30,965 bases of DNA, taken from Eledone cirrhosa. Taxonomy: Eukaryota. Shown in pieces: positions 21,095 through 30,965 of this stretch. The first letter of the stretch is position 1; each line of letters starts with the position of its first letter. The notes under the pieces were generated by a model. It ran no database searches, was not told the DNA's origin, and saw nothing but the letters and a program-made list of their open reading frames with translations. A program made the translations under genes and the position numbers. The stretch lies in the NCBI GenBank assembly GCA_964016885.1, contig CAXHJY010000317.1, positions 1 through 30,965 on the forward strand, written 5' to 3'.

Positions 21095-21736
21095 CACAGG
21101 TTCTCAACCTGTCCCTCGAATACACAAAACGCCCCCTACCCTATTTTTCCATTTTTTAATATACTACTGATTTTGATATCAGTAGATTACTAAAAAATTG
21201 ATTAACAATATTCCAAAGATACCATTACAGGCAGCTGAGAGTATAAATACATTCCTTGAAAGGAAATATATAAATTTCAAAAAAAGGAACATAAATGTTC
21301 TTTTTTATGAATAAGGACCAGTTGAATTTGTTATATTCCCACCAGGCGATACCAACTATTTTGAACATTTATACAAGAGCAACTCTGTCTATCCAAAGAG
21401 TGCTCTTATCTGGAAGAAAGTGGCAATTATATCATTTCAAAGCTTTCAAATTTTCCCTTTAATGAAACGGACAGAATAAATGTTGATATCTAACTTGATG
21501 TCCCCTCTGCTTTGTGAGCTTAGAGACCACGGATGAGGGTTTTCATGACCACGCGGGAGGGTATATTTATTAGTAAATGGTAAAATATATACAACAAATG
21601 AGTAAGTGAATTGTAGTAGATGGTTTCCAGTCCAGTCAGACTGCAACTACAAATAAACAAATTTGTTAGTTTGCTTTGTAACAATAGCATATCCAAGTTT
21701 TCGGATAAATCAACTTACTTTAACTTTGACCTCATT

Positions 21737-22785
21737 TCAATGGGACCCTTGAACTTTATGGAGTCTAGCTAACTCTTTGACGTCAGGCTGGATTTTCGTA
21801 AGATGTAGCTGGAGATCTCCACATGTAATTACATTGTAGCGGTTGCAAGCCTTACTGTGCAGTCTGGAAACAGCACCAAATCTCCTCTTGACTAAGTATG
21901 AGCTTGGAAAAGGCAGAGAAAATCTCTTAGCCTCTGCATATAGGTGTGGAAATCGACGCTGAATTTCCTCTTGCATCCAAAAAAGAGGTTCACCTATGTT
22001 TGGAAATCTAATTTTGATCATGTCATCTGCTTGAAGTTCAAAGAATTCTTCCTGAAATATAATGTCCAAATCATTAACGTTAGCTATGAAGGGATCTGCT
22101 ACCCACATTGGGATGTCCATCGGCAAAAGGTCGACAAACAGTTCTCCCATGTTGTCTTGTAGCGCACGGAGCTGAGTGGTATAAATTTGGAGTTGGTCAT
22201 CGCTTACAATGTTTTAAACATTGGCGACACTAGGAAAATTATAGAATTCCCGTCAACAAAGATTCCTTTCGATGACATTCAATTTGGCCAGGAATGTTTT
22301 TCACAGCATTCCTTGCTTTAACCAAGGTGATCTTCTTCCTCTGCAAAGCCAAAATGACGCTATTGCATTTGTCGATGATGTTGGTGAGGTAGGCGCAGTT
22401 TTGCCTCACATTTCTTGTACAGTCTGTGTTGCGTCCTCGCAGAAACACAATGATAGAGTCGAACAGTTCAAAGAAGTGAGTAAGGTACTTGCCCTTTGAA
22501 AGCCACCTCACTTCATTATGAAGGAGCAACTTGACAAATTCTTCGTCATTATCTTAGCACAGTTGCCGGAAAATTCGTTCATTAAGGGAATGCGGTTTGA
22601 TGACATCAAGGGCCACCTGCAAGGACTTGCTCAGTGGCTTGCTGAGTTTCTTCGCAGCCAAGTGTTGTCGATGAATGACACAATGAACAACAAATACAGA
22701 TAGATTTTCTCTCTTCAGAAGAGTGATGAAACCCTTATGTTGGCCGACCATTGCTCTTGCGTCGTCCGTAGCACATGATACAATG
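21737..22785 (-). pseudogene. Buster-family hAT transposase, C-terminal two-thirds, frameshifted
   Basis: CATDDARAMVG, HCVIHRQHL, LLHNEVRWLSKG, LPFPSSYL, GDLQLHLTKIQPD..QGSH. Confidence 0.9.
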
Positions 22786-23310
22786 TGTGTTGTATTTGGT
22801 CCTAGATGTATATATTACCTGCTTATGTATTGCATGTGGTCCCAGCTGTATGTATTACCTGCTTGTGTGTTGTATGTGGTCCTAGATGTGTGTATTACCT
22901 GCTTGTGTGTTGTATGTGGTCCTAGATGTGTGTATTACCTCCTTATGTGTTGTATGTGGTCCTAGATGTATGTATTACCTGATTATGTGTTGTATGTGGT
23001 CCTAGATGTTTGTATTACCTGATTATGTGTTGTATGTGGTCCTAGATGTTTGTATTACCTGCTTATGTGTTGTATGTGGTCCTAAATGTATGTATTACTT
23101 GCTTGTGTGTTGTATGTGATCTTAGATGCGTGTATTACCTGCTTATGTGTTGTATGTAGTCCTAGATGTATGTATTACCTGATTATGTGTTGTATGTGGT
23201 CCTAAATGTGTGTATTACCTGCTTATGTGTTGTATGTGGTCCTAAATGTATGTATTACCTGCTTGTGTGTTGTATGTGGTCCTAGATGTGTGTGCTACCC
23301 GCTTCTGTGT
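22783..23310. repeat. 40-bp minisatellite, ~13 copies
   Basis: Unit atgtgttgtatgtggtcctagatgtgtgtattacctgctt; anchors at 22801, 22841, 22881 and so on. Confidence 0.95.
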
Positions 23311-23766
23311 TTTTTTTTATTTTTTTATTTGTAATATTATTTATACAATAGGGAATACAATAGATCTACATAGTGTTAACTCGTTACAGTTGAGTCAATC
23401 ATTTCAGACATGAAATACATTGTTATCAGTGAAGGAAAGACAAGATCCTAACTGGCTGCACCCGAAGTGTCCTTGACCCAGTTGACTCGGTTTTTCCATT
23501 GTTAGGATCTCAATTGCCAGTTAATGTCTAGACACACCTGCACACCTGCTCACATCAGCGGTCAGACAATAGTTATGCTGTCTGCATGCTCATTCAAATG
23601 CATTCACACTGGCTGTCTCAAAGACATATAAATATGGTTTATAAAACTTACCAAAGTAAAGAGTCTTCCAGTGCCCCTCAAAGCTCCAAACGCCCCCCCC
23701 CTAACGCCCCCTTGGAGTTCCAAAACGCCCCCCGGGGGTGCATATGCCCCCCGTTGAGAACCTTTG

Positions 23767-25120
23767 ATTTACACTAACACACTGCCTTGCAATGCAGAAC
23801 ATTTTGTGTCTCGGGACATTGACAAACTTTCTTTCTTCACCCTCTCTCCAAGCTGTGTATACCTGTCATCTAGCTTCGCTCTCAGCTACCTGGTACCAGT
23901 CTCTGCTACCTGGTACCAGTCTCTGCTACCCCCATGTTTCCAGTCTTTGGCTCTATCCATTGTGCTGTTCCACCGCCAGGTCACCTTCTGTCTGACTGGT
24001 GCTCTACTCCAACCACAAGTCTTGTCAGTAGTTCACAAAAGGTTGTCACGCAAGAATTTCCAGTTGTTCTCTATGTCATATGTATCTAACTTATCACCTC
24101 TCTCATCAAATGCAACTCGAAGGGCTTTTCTAAACCTATATTTAACCAAAAGGTCCTTTAGCTTTCAAACTTTCCATCTCCATATTTTCCTGTGTATCTT
24201 GTTCTGTCTTGTGCTTATTTTGATGTCACTAATAACTAACTTGTGTTGTGCAGTGCATTCTTTCCCTAGGGTGGGCCTTAGTATTTATTACAGTCCATTT
24301 AACTCGTCTTACAATTGAGTAATCAATGTGGCTTGTGTATTTGTCAGATTGATATGTGATCAGGTTGCTAACAGGTTACCTAAAATTTGTGTTGCAAATG
24401 GTTAGTTCATTTGCATCACAGAATTACAGGAGCCTCAATCCCTCTTCATTTCTTAAGCTATAACTATAGCCACCGTGAATTCCACAGAATCTGTCCTGGT
24501 ACTGCCCCACATGTCTATTGAAGCCACGAGCCAGGATGATGACATCACCTTCATTGGTACCTGAAGTTGTCTGTAAAAGTTCCTCATAGAACTTTTATCT
24601 TTGTTCTTTACTTCTATTTCCCAATACTAATCTAAGCTTGATAATTCTGACACCCTAACTACATTTATTATCTTATCTATCCATTTCTCAGTAATTCCAC
24701 TGAGGTACCCCATCATATCACCTCCCGTACATAGCATATATCCACTTCTCTCCTTACTAACAACTCCACAATTTCATCCAGTTTACCTTTCAGAATGCCA
24801 ACATTGAGGGTGGCAGCCCGGAGATTTGTACCTTGCCAGTTGTTACTTCCTTGGGTAGAAGTTCTAAGTGTCTGAAAGGGAAAAGGGTTGTGCAATTGCT
24901 TGATGATGGTTGAGGGGTTCTCATACATGGCTACTCTGGCCACTCCACTACCATGCACTGCACTAACATGACTAGAGTTAGCCCTATATACACAATTAAT
25001 GAGATTCATATTTGTCGTACTTTTCATGTTTTTGGCAGGGTTTTTATGGCTGGATGCCCTTTCTTCCACCAACCACTTTACAGTGTGGACTGGGTACATT
25101 ATTCATGCCACCAACACTAG
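23767..25120 (-). pseudogene. Decayed RTE LINE, 5' part (APE endonuclease, linker, 5' UTR)
   Basis: NLRAATLNVGILKGKLDEIVELLVRREVDICYVREV is an APE N-terminus. It is continuous with 19166-21094 across the hAT. The 5' boundary is uncertain and may reach ~25430. Confidence 0.8.
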
Positions 25121-25461
25121 AAAGATTGTTTTACTGGACTCGAGAGTCATCTTCACCCTGAGTCAGTTTTTATTTGGAGTGCCTACTCTCCTAGATGGGT
25201 TGCCTTCACTATGGGATACGAAGCCCATGTCTGCCCCATGCAGTCATTCTTAATCAGAGTCACTGCCCTCCTAGACAGGCTACCTTCATTTCAGGTGTGG
25301 GGTCCATGTCTGTCTCAGGAGGTCATTTTTAATTTGTGGTTTCTCCTATCCTGGATGATCTGTCGTCTCAATAACTTACAAAGCTCGGCATCTGCCCTGT
25401 GCAATCATCATTTACTTTTCTCGGAGCAAATTGGTATTGGTGATGTAGGAAGAACTGATAT

Positions 25462-25890
25462 ATATATAATATTATAAAGCTGAGTGTCGTGTGTATTATG
25501 TATGTATATATCCTACACACCTCCCTATAGTTTGTTAGCTTTACTCACTCCGTCGCTCTTCCCTCTCTCTATAATAGATCATTACCCCTCTCTATAATTT
25601 AACTGCTTTACTCTCTCTGTCGCTCTTCACTCTCAAATATTATAAAGCTGATCATCATTTCTCTCTCTCTCTCCCTCTTTTACTCTCTCCATCGCTCTTC
25701 CCTCTCTCTATAATAGATCATTCCCCCTCTCTATAATTTAACTGCTTTACTCTCTCTGTCGCTCTTCACTCTCAAATATTAAAAAGCTGAGCTATAATTT
25801 AACTGCTTTACTCTCTATATGACAACACTCTTTTACTTTCCGTAGCGTCGTCGTATGTATGTTTATTTCGGCAATTGCCGGATAACATCA
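25462..25890 (+). mobile_element. Possible non-autonomous Helitron-like element with internal direct repeats
   Basis: 5' aatattataaagctga followed by (gtat)n, and a subterminal palindrome cggcaattgccg at ~25869-25880. A second copy (25958-25989 plus 30190-30325) is split by the Gypsy element. No terminal CTAG seen. Confidence 0.45.
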
Positions 25891-25989
25891 AAACAGAACA
25901 CACAGACACACACATGCACAAACACACATACACAAACTCACACACACACACATATATATTTATAAAGCTGAAGGTCGTATGTATATATG

Positions 25990-26259
25990 TGTGGGTATGG
26001 TGCGGTGTGCGGTGGCCGGAAGCTGGGGAGTGCTCGACCGGAAGAGTGCTTGACCGGAAGGGTGCTTGGCCGGAAGGGTGCTCGACCGGAAGGGCCAGCA
26101 GATCGGTCTCTCTCTAGTGGTGACCACGAACGGTGTGGACGCGAGCTTGGCAGCTCCCGGGTGTTAATAAGTTGGACGCACGTGGAAGAGGAGAAACCAG
26201 CCTTGGGATTTAACGGTGCCTATGAAAAGCGGTAAGTGAGATAGCTTTTTCTAACCACA
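25990..26259 (+). repeat. 5' LTR (270 bp)
   Basis: TG...CA ends; four 16-bp internal repeats. Confidence 0.95.
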
Positions 26260-26394
26260 AGCTATTTAGGCACTGGAAACTGAGATCTGATTGAAAAAAA
26301 AAAAAAAAAACTTTCTCGAAAACAAAGCTACTGGAAAAACAGAGAGGAGTCTGTTGGGTTTTTTTTTATTACGTACCGCAAGACAAATTAGGAT

Positions 26395-27156
26395 ATGGTG
26401 ACGAGACTACGAACGAGTGAAGCGATTAGGGCATTTACTGGTGAAGGCGATGTTCTCGCTTGGCTGCGAAAAGTCCGGCTGATCGCAAGCTTACAGAAGA
26501 TAGAAGATGTGGCTGGCCTCATGGCACTGTACCTCGAGGGGGACGCGTTGGTACTCTTCCTTGAGTTAGATGAACACAGCCAAAGGGATGCGCAAAAGAT
26601 TGAGAGGCGCATGGTGGAAGCGTTCGCAGAGGGACTGTTAGCCGCTTTTGCTAAGCTGGCAAGAATTAGATGGAACGGCGAACGCGTTGACATTTTCGCA
26701 GCGGAAATAAGGCGATTGGCCATGTTGGCTGGATATCAGGTGGAATGCGAACGCACGGTGCGGTTGGCGTTCATAAATGGATTTCCAGACGACATAACGG
26801 TGAAACTGCAGCAAGTCCCGGGTTACAAAGAAATGGAGATGTGTTCACTGGTGGAACAAGCCCTGATCATAGCAGAAGATGCCAAGAAGAGTGTCGCGGC
26901 GATAGCAACTACAGAGGCTCAAGACAGCTGGCAGTGAAATGGTGAAAGGGAGGCAACCACAGCACGCGGTCGCCCGCGAACGTTTAGCGGTCGCTGTTTT
27001 AGGTGCCAAGGCCCGCACATGGCGAGAGACTGTAGAGAGTCAAGGCCGGAAATAATATGCTATCGGTGTAAGCAACCAGGCCACATCGCTACTAACTGCG
27101 ACCAGGGAAACGATCCAAGGGGAATTACTGCGCCGGTAGTTGCCCCTTACGAGTAG
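26395..27156 (+). pseudogene. gag: Gag with premature TGA at 26935-26937 and two zinc knuckles
   Basis: In frame after the stop: CFRCQGPHMARDC and CYRCKQPGHIATNC; TAG at 27154-27156. Confidence 0.88.
27105..27111 (+). other. -1 ribosomal frameshift slippery site G GGA AAC
   Basis: Correct X XXY YYZ phase in gag; the -1 frame is open through the protease motif RALVDTGC (27201). Confidence 0.75.
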
Positions 27157-29906
27157 AGGCGCTGCCCGTGGTGGAAGTCTTCGTGAGGGGAAAGCCACAG
27201 CGAGCCCTCGTGGACACGGGCTGTACGACGACACAGGTGACCGCGGGGGTGGTGGAGAGGGAAGAGCAGCGTAAGGGCAGTCGACGGCAGGAAAATTGAA
27301 TGCCGTGGTTGCAACGAGGTGGAGATGGCGGTACAGGGAAGGAAAATAAGGCTTTCTGCCATCGTAGTTGACAACGTGGTGGATGGGATCGGCGTGGTTA
27401 TGGGCATGGACGCAATTGGCCGTCTAGGAGGCGTCACAGTGAACAACGTCGGTGTGTCGTTTGGCGGCGCTGCATCGGTATGCGCTGTGAGTACGCGACA
27501 GGAGAACCAGAAGGCCCACGAGGAGAAACACCCCGCTTACACTGTGCAGGACAAAGACTTCAAGGCCGTGTTCGATGGGCAGCGATGGGTTGTTGAGTGG
27601 TACTGGAAGGGAGAACCACCAACACTGAAGACCAAAGTGGGCTGCTATCAACACATATTGAAGGGAGACATTAGGAGCGAGTTCGAGCGAGAGGTAGAGA
27701 GATGGATTGAGGAGGGCATACTGCTTCCCTGGAAAGAGGAGGTGAAGTGCGGAGTATTGCCGTTAATGGCGGTGGCGCAACCCACGAAGATCAAGGTGAG
27801 GCCGGTACTGGACTTTCGGGAGCTGAACGAGCATGTGTCATGCCACACGGGTGGCGTGGTCACGGATGTCTGTGGAGAAACCCTGCGTGAGTGGAGATGC
27901 ATGACGGGGGGCTCAGCAATCGTAGATCTAAAGTTGGCATACTTGCAATTGCATATAGATGAGAAGCTCTGGCAGTATCAGCTGGTCAGGTATAAGGGCC
28001 GGACATATTGCCTGACCAGGCTAGGTTTCGGGCTGAGCTCCGCACCGAAGATCATGGCGGTGGTCAAGACCATTCTGGGAAAGGCCGACAAGATGAAGAG
28101 AGCCACTAACTCCTACATTGACGACATCCTAGTGGACGAGTCTGTAGTGTAGGCAGCGGGGGTCACGAGCCATTTACAGGGGTATGGACTGGCTGCGAAG
28201 CCGTCAGAAGCGTTGGAGGGCGGAGCCGCGCTGGGACTTAGGCTACGGTGAGACAGGACGGGCGTCTTGGTATTCCAGAGGGTAAATGAAGTTCCAGAAC
28301 TGGGCCCAAGTATGAGTAGGCGGGAGCTTTTCTCGGTGTGTGGAAAGTTGGTGGGTCACTACCCGATTGCTGGGTGGCTCCGGACGGCATGCAGCTATGT
28401 CAAGAGACGAACGGGAGGGGTGACTTGGAGTGACAGAGTGGGAGAGAGGACGGTGGCCATGATGCAGGAGATCGTGGAGAGGGTGAAGGCCGACGACCCA
28501 GTGCGGGGACGCTGGTATGTTCCCAAATCGCAGAGCGGGACTGTATGGTGCGATGCCAGCAGCATAGCGCTGGGTTTCACGTTGGAGATAGGAGGTGTTG
28601 AGGTCGAGGATGCAGCCTGGCTTAGGAAGAAGGACAACTGCAACCACATCAATGTGGCCGAACTGGACGCAGTGTTGAGAGGGGTGAACTGGACGCAGTG
28701 TTGAGAGGACTGCGCACCATCGAGATATGCACCGACTCGGCTACTGTACTCGGATGGGTGGGGTGAGATCAGTGAGAAGAGAGTCCGAACGAGAGGGGCG
28801 GCGAAGATGCTGATAAAGCGCCGCCTGGGAACTTCAGGAGAGCTGGCCACCGAGTTCGACCTGAGGCTGAGCGTAGTTTTAACCAGGGTGAAGAAAGCCT
28901 GGATGGAAGCGCCGGAGGAGGTAGAAGATGAGATAGCTGCCGTGTGTCGGCTGACCGAGTCGGATCTGAAAAGGTTGCATGACATGCACCACATGGGAGT
29001 GGATAGGACCCTGTTCCTAGCCAGGAGAATCGACTCGGACGTCAACAGACACAGTGTTCAAAGGGTGGTTAGAGGCTGCGTCCGATATCAGTCCATTGAT
29101 CCCGCCCCGGATGTGCACAAAACGGGACCCTCCCGGTGGATCGCGACTTGAAGCGATTGGCAGTGGATGTAACGCACTACCGACAGGGAACGTACCTCTC
29201 GATGGTCGACTGTAGACCAGGACGGATGGCGATATGGAGGGAGATGAAGACTGGAACAGCCGAGGAAATCATGCGGACGTTGAGAGAGGTATTCTTGGAG
29301 CGGGGCCCTGTGGACGAACTGCTGATGGACAACAGCGCAGCGTTCCGCTCGGAGGCGCTGAGGGAGATGCTCGATGGATGGAAGGTGGACCATTTCTTCA
29401 GAGCAGCGCACAGGCCAGAATGGAATTGTGGAGCGACACCACCGGACGATCAAGGCGATGGCGGAGCGGGGCCATATCTCACGAATGGAGGCAGTGTTCT
29501 GGTACAACATGTCCCCTTGGATGGGACAGGTTGAGGAATCGGTGCCACACAGAGCAGTATTCAGATACGAGTGGCGGCACCCGTGCACGCCACCACAACG
29601 GCCAGTGGCGAGAGAGAATGCATTCGTGCAGGTGGGCGAAGAAGTCTGGGTTAAGCCCCAGATGCACGTTGCACATCTCAATGGGGAAGGGGAACGGTGA
29701 CGGCCGTAAATTCCAGAACAATGTGTCCGTGGACAGAGTACCACGTCATGTCCTGGATGTCCGTACAATCATTGTCAACGGACTCCGAGGAAGAGGAAAC
29801 TCAAAGTGCCTCCCCAACACTGCGGAGATCGCAAAGAAGTCGCAAACCACCAACCTGGACAGCAGACTTTCATATGCAGAAGGACGAGGGGGAAATTGAT
29901 CCTTGA
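27111..29906 (+). pseudogene. pol: Pol (PR-RT-RNaseH-IN), multiple stops and frameshifts
   Basis: LVDTGC; VRPVLDFRELN, LGFGLSSAP, YIDD; WCDAS, HINVAELDAV; HDMHHMG, LAVDVTH, LLMDN, NGIVERHHRTIK. Confidence 0.92.
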
Positions 29907-29930
29907 GATCAGGGGGGGGGGGGGGGGGCG

Positions 29931-30184
29931 TGTGGGTATGGTGCGGTGTGCGGTGGCCGGAAGCTGGGGAGTGCTTGACCGGAAGGGTGCTTGGCCGGAA
30001 GGGTGCTCGACCGGAAGGGCCAGCAGATCGGTCTCTCTCTAGTGGTGACCACGAACAGTGTGGACGCAAGCTTGGCAGCTCCCGGGTGTTAATGAGTTGG
30101 ATGCACGTGGAAGAGGAGAAATCAGCAATGGGATTTAGCGGCGCCTATGAAAAGCGGTAAGTGAGATAGCTTTTTCTAACCACA
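29931..30184 (+). repeat. 3' LTR (254 bp)
   Basis: Matches the 5' LTR minus one 16-bp repeat; I count 9 substitutions. Confidence 0.95.
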
Positions 30185-30215
<31 letters not shown>

Positions 30216-30467
30216 TGTATGTATGTATGTATGTATGTATGTATGTCTATATAATTTAACAGCTTTACTCTCTCTGTCGCTCTTCACTCTCTATATGACA
30301 ACACTGTTTTAGTTTCCGTATCTCCCTTCAATATATACACATAGAGAGAGAGAGAGAGAGAAATATTAGGAAAACTACACACACACATCTACAGAGAGAG
30401 ACAGAAAAACAGAGGGAGGGGAAAAGAGAGAGATGGGCCATTAGACAGAGAGAGATACAATTAAAGA

Positions 30468-30965
30468 GTGGACTCTTTCGGCCTCCACCTGCTTTCTTGT
30501 CGCCACAGTGCCGGCCGCATTCCACGCCATACTGCCCTCAACGAGGTCATTAAGCATGGTTTGGATGCTGCAGCCTTCCCTTCCCAGCTCGAGCCGGTGG
30601 GACTGGATCGAGGGGACGGCAAAAGGCCAGATGGCATGACCATCTTCCCGTTCCGTGGTGGCAAACCCCTCGTCTGGGATGCCACTTGCACCGACACTTT
30701 CTGCAGCCGCAACCTGCGACTGACCCAGGTTCTGCTGCACGTCGGGCTGAGGGGGCCAAACTCCTCAAATACCGGTCGCTCTCCGACAGGTTTGCGGTCG
30801 TACCCCTGGCAGTGGAGACTTCTGGTGTCCTCGGCCCCAGGGCTACCTCCTTACTCACCACCATAGGCGCTGAGCTGGCCAGCCGCAGGTGTGAGCCCCG
30901 CGAGTTGGAGTGGCTTTTCCAGCGCGTCTCCCTTGCCGTCCTCCGGGGAAACGCCTTCTCCATTC
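30468..30965 (+). pseudogene. CRE-like non-LTR retrotransposon, restriction-like endonuclease domain (5'-truncated, runs off window)
   Basis: HLLSC, RH, RPDG..WD, then after a frameshift [25 protein letters not shown]-rich and adjacent to a (GA)n tract. Confidence 0.85.

Larger units (their letters stand above)
21095..23766 (-). mobile_element. hAT (Buster/Charlie) DNA transposon, internally deleted
   Basis: 14-bp TIRs cacaggttctcaac / gttgagaacctttg. 8-bp TSD atttacac at 21087-21094 and 23767-23774, with central TA. Removing the element restores the LINE frame ARQCVSVNQYVVREKC. Confidence 0.93.
25990..30184 (+). mobile_element. Complete, defective Ty3/Gypsy LTR retrotransposon (4.2 kb)
   Basis: Two LTRs tgtgg...ccaca; 5-bp TSD atatg (25985-25989, 30185-30189); order gag-PR-RT-RH-IN; PPT 29911-29928. 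Confidence 0.95.

Overview
This is an AT-rich eukaryotic window made almost entirely of nested transposable elements and microsatellites. I found no host protein-coding gene, rRNA, true tRNA or CRISPR. The repeat repertoire suggests a cephalopod such as octopus, but that is inference. Recognisable elements are: (i) a young 5'-truncated RTE-clade LINE with an open RT ORF carrying a PHD-type finger (5204-7598); (ii) a decayed near full-length RTE on the minus strand, split by a Buster-type hAT transposon with an 8-bp TSD; (iii) tRNA-derived SINEs that share the RTE 3' tail; (iv) TTAA MITEs; (v) a complete but dead 4.2-kb Ty3/Gypsy element with a 5-bp TSD; (vi) two CRE-like RLE fragments; (vii) a Penelope-like GIY-YIG element present as a ~740-bp-arm fold-back. 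The most notable feature is a TSD-flanked array of 7.3 apparently identical 311-bp units (10296-12560). Each unit encodes a minimal type I hammerhead ribozyme inside a highly structured RNA, making it a candidate retrozyme/circRNA locus inserted as a circularly permuted multimer. At least five more hammerhead-like motifs from different families lie nearby, three of them inside fold-back arms and all abutting microsatellites.
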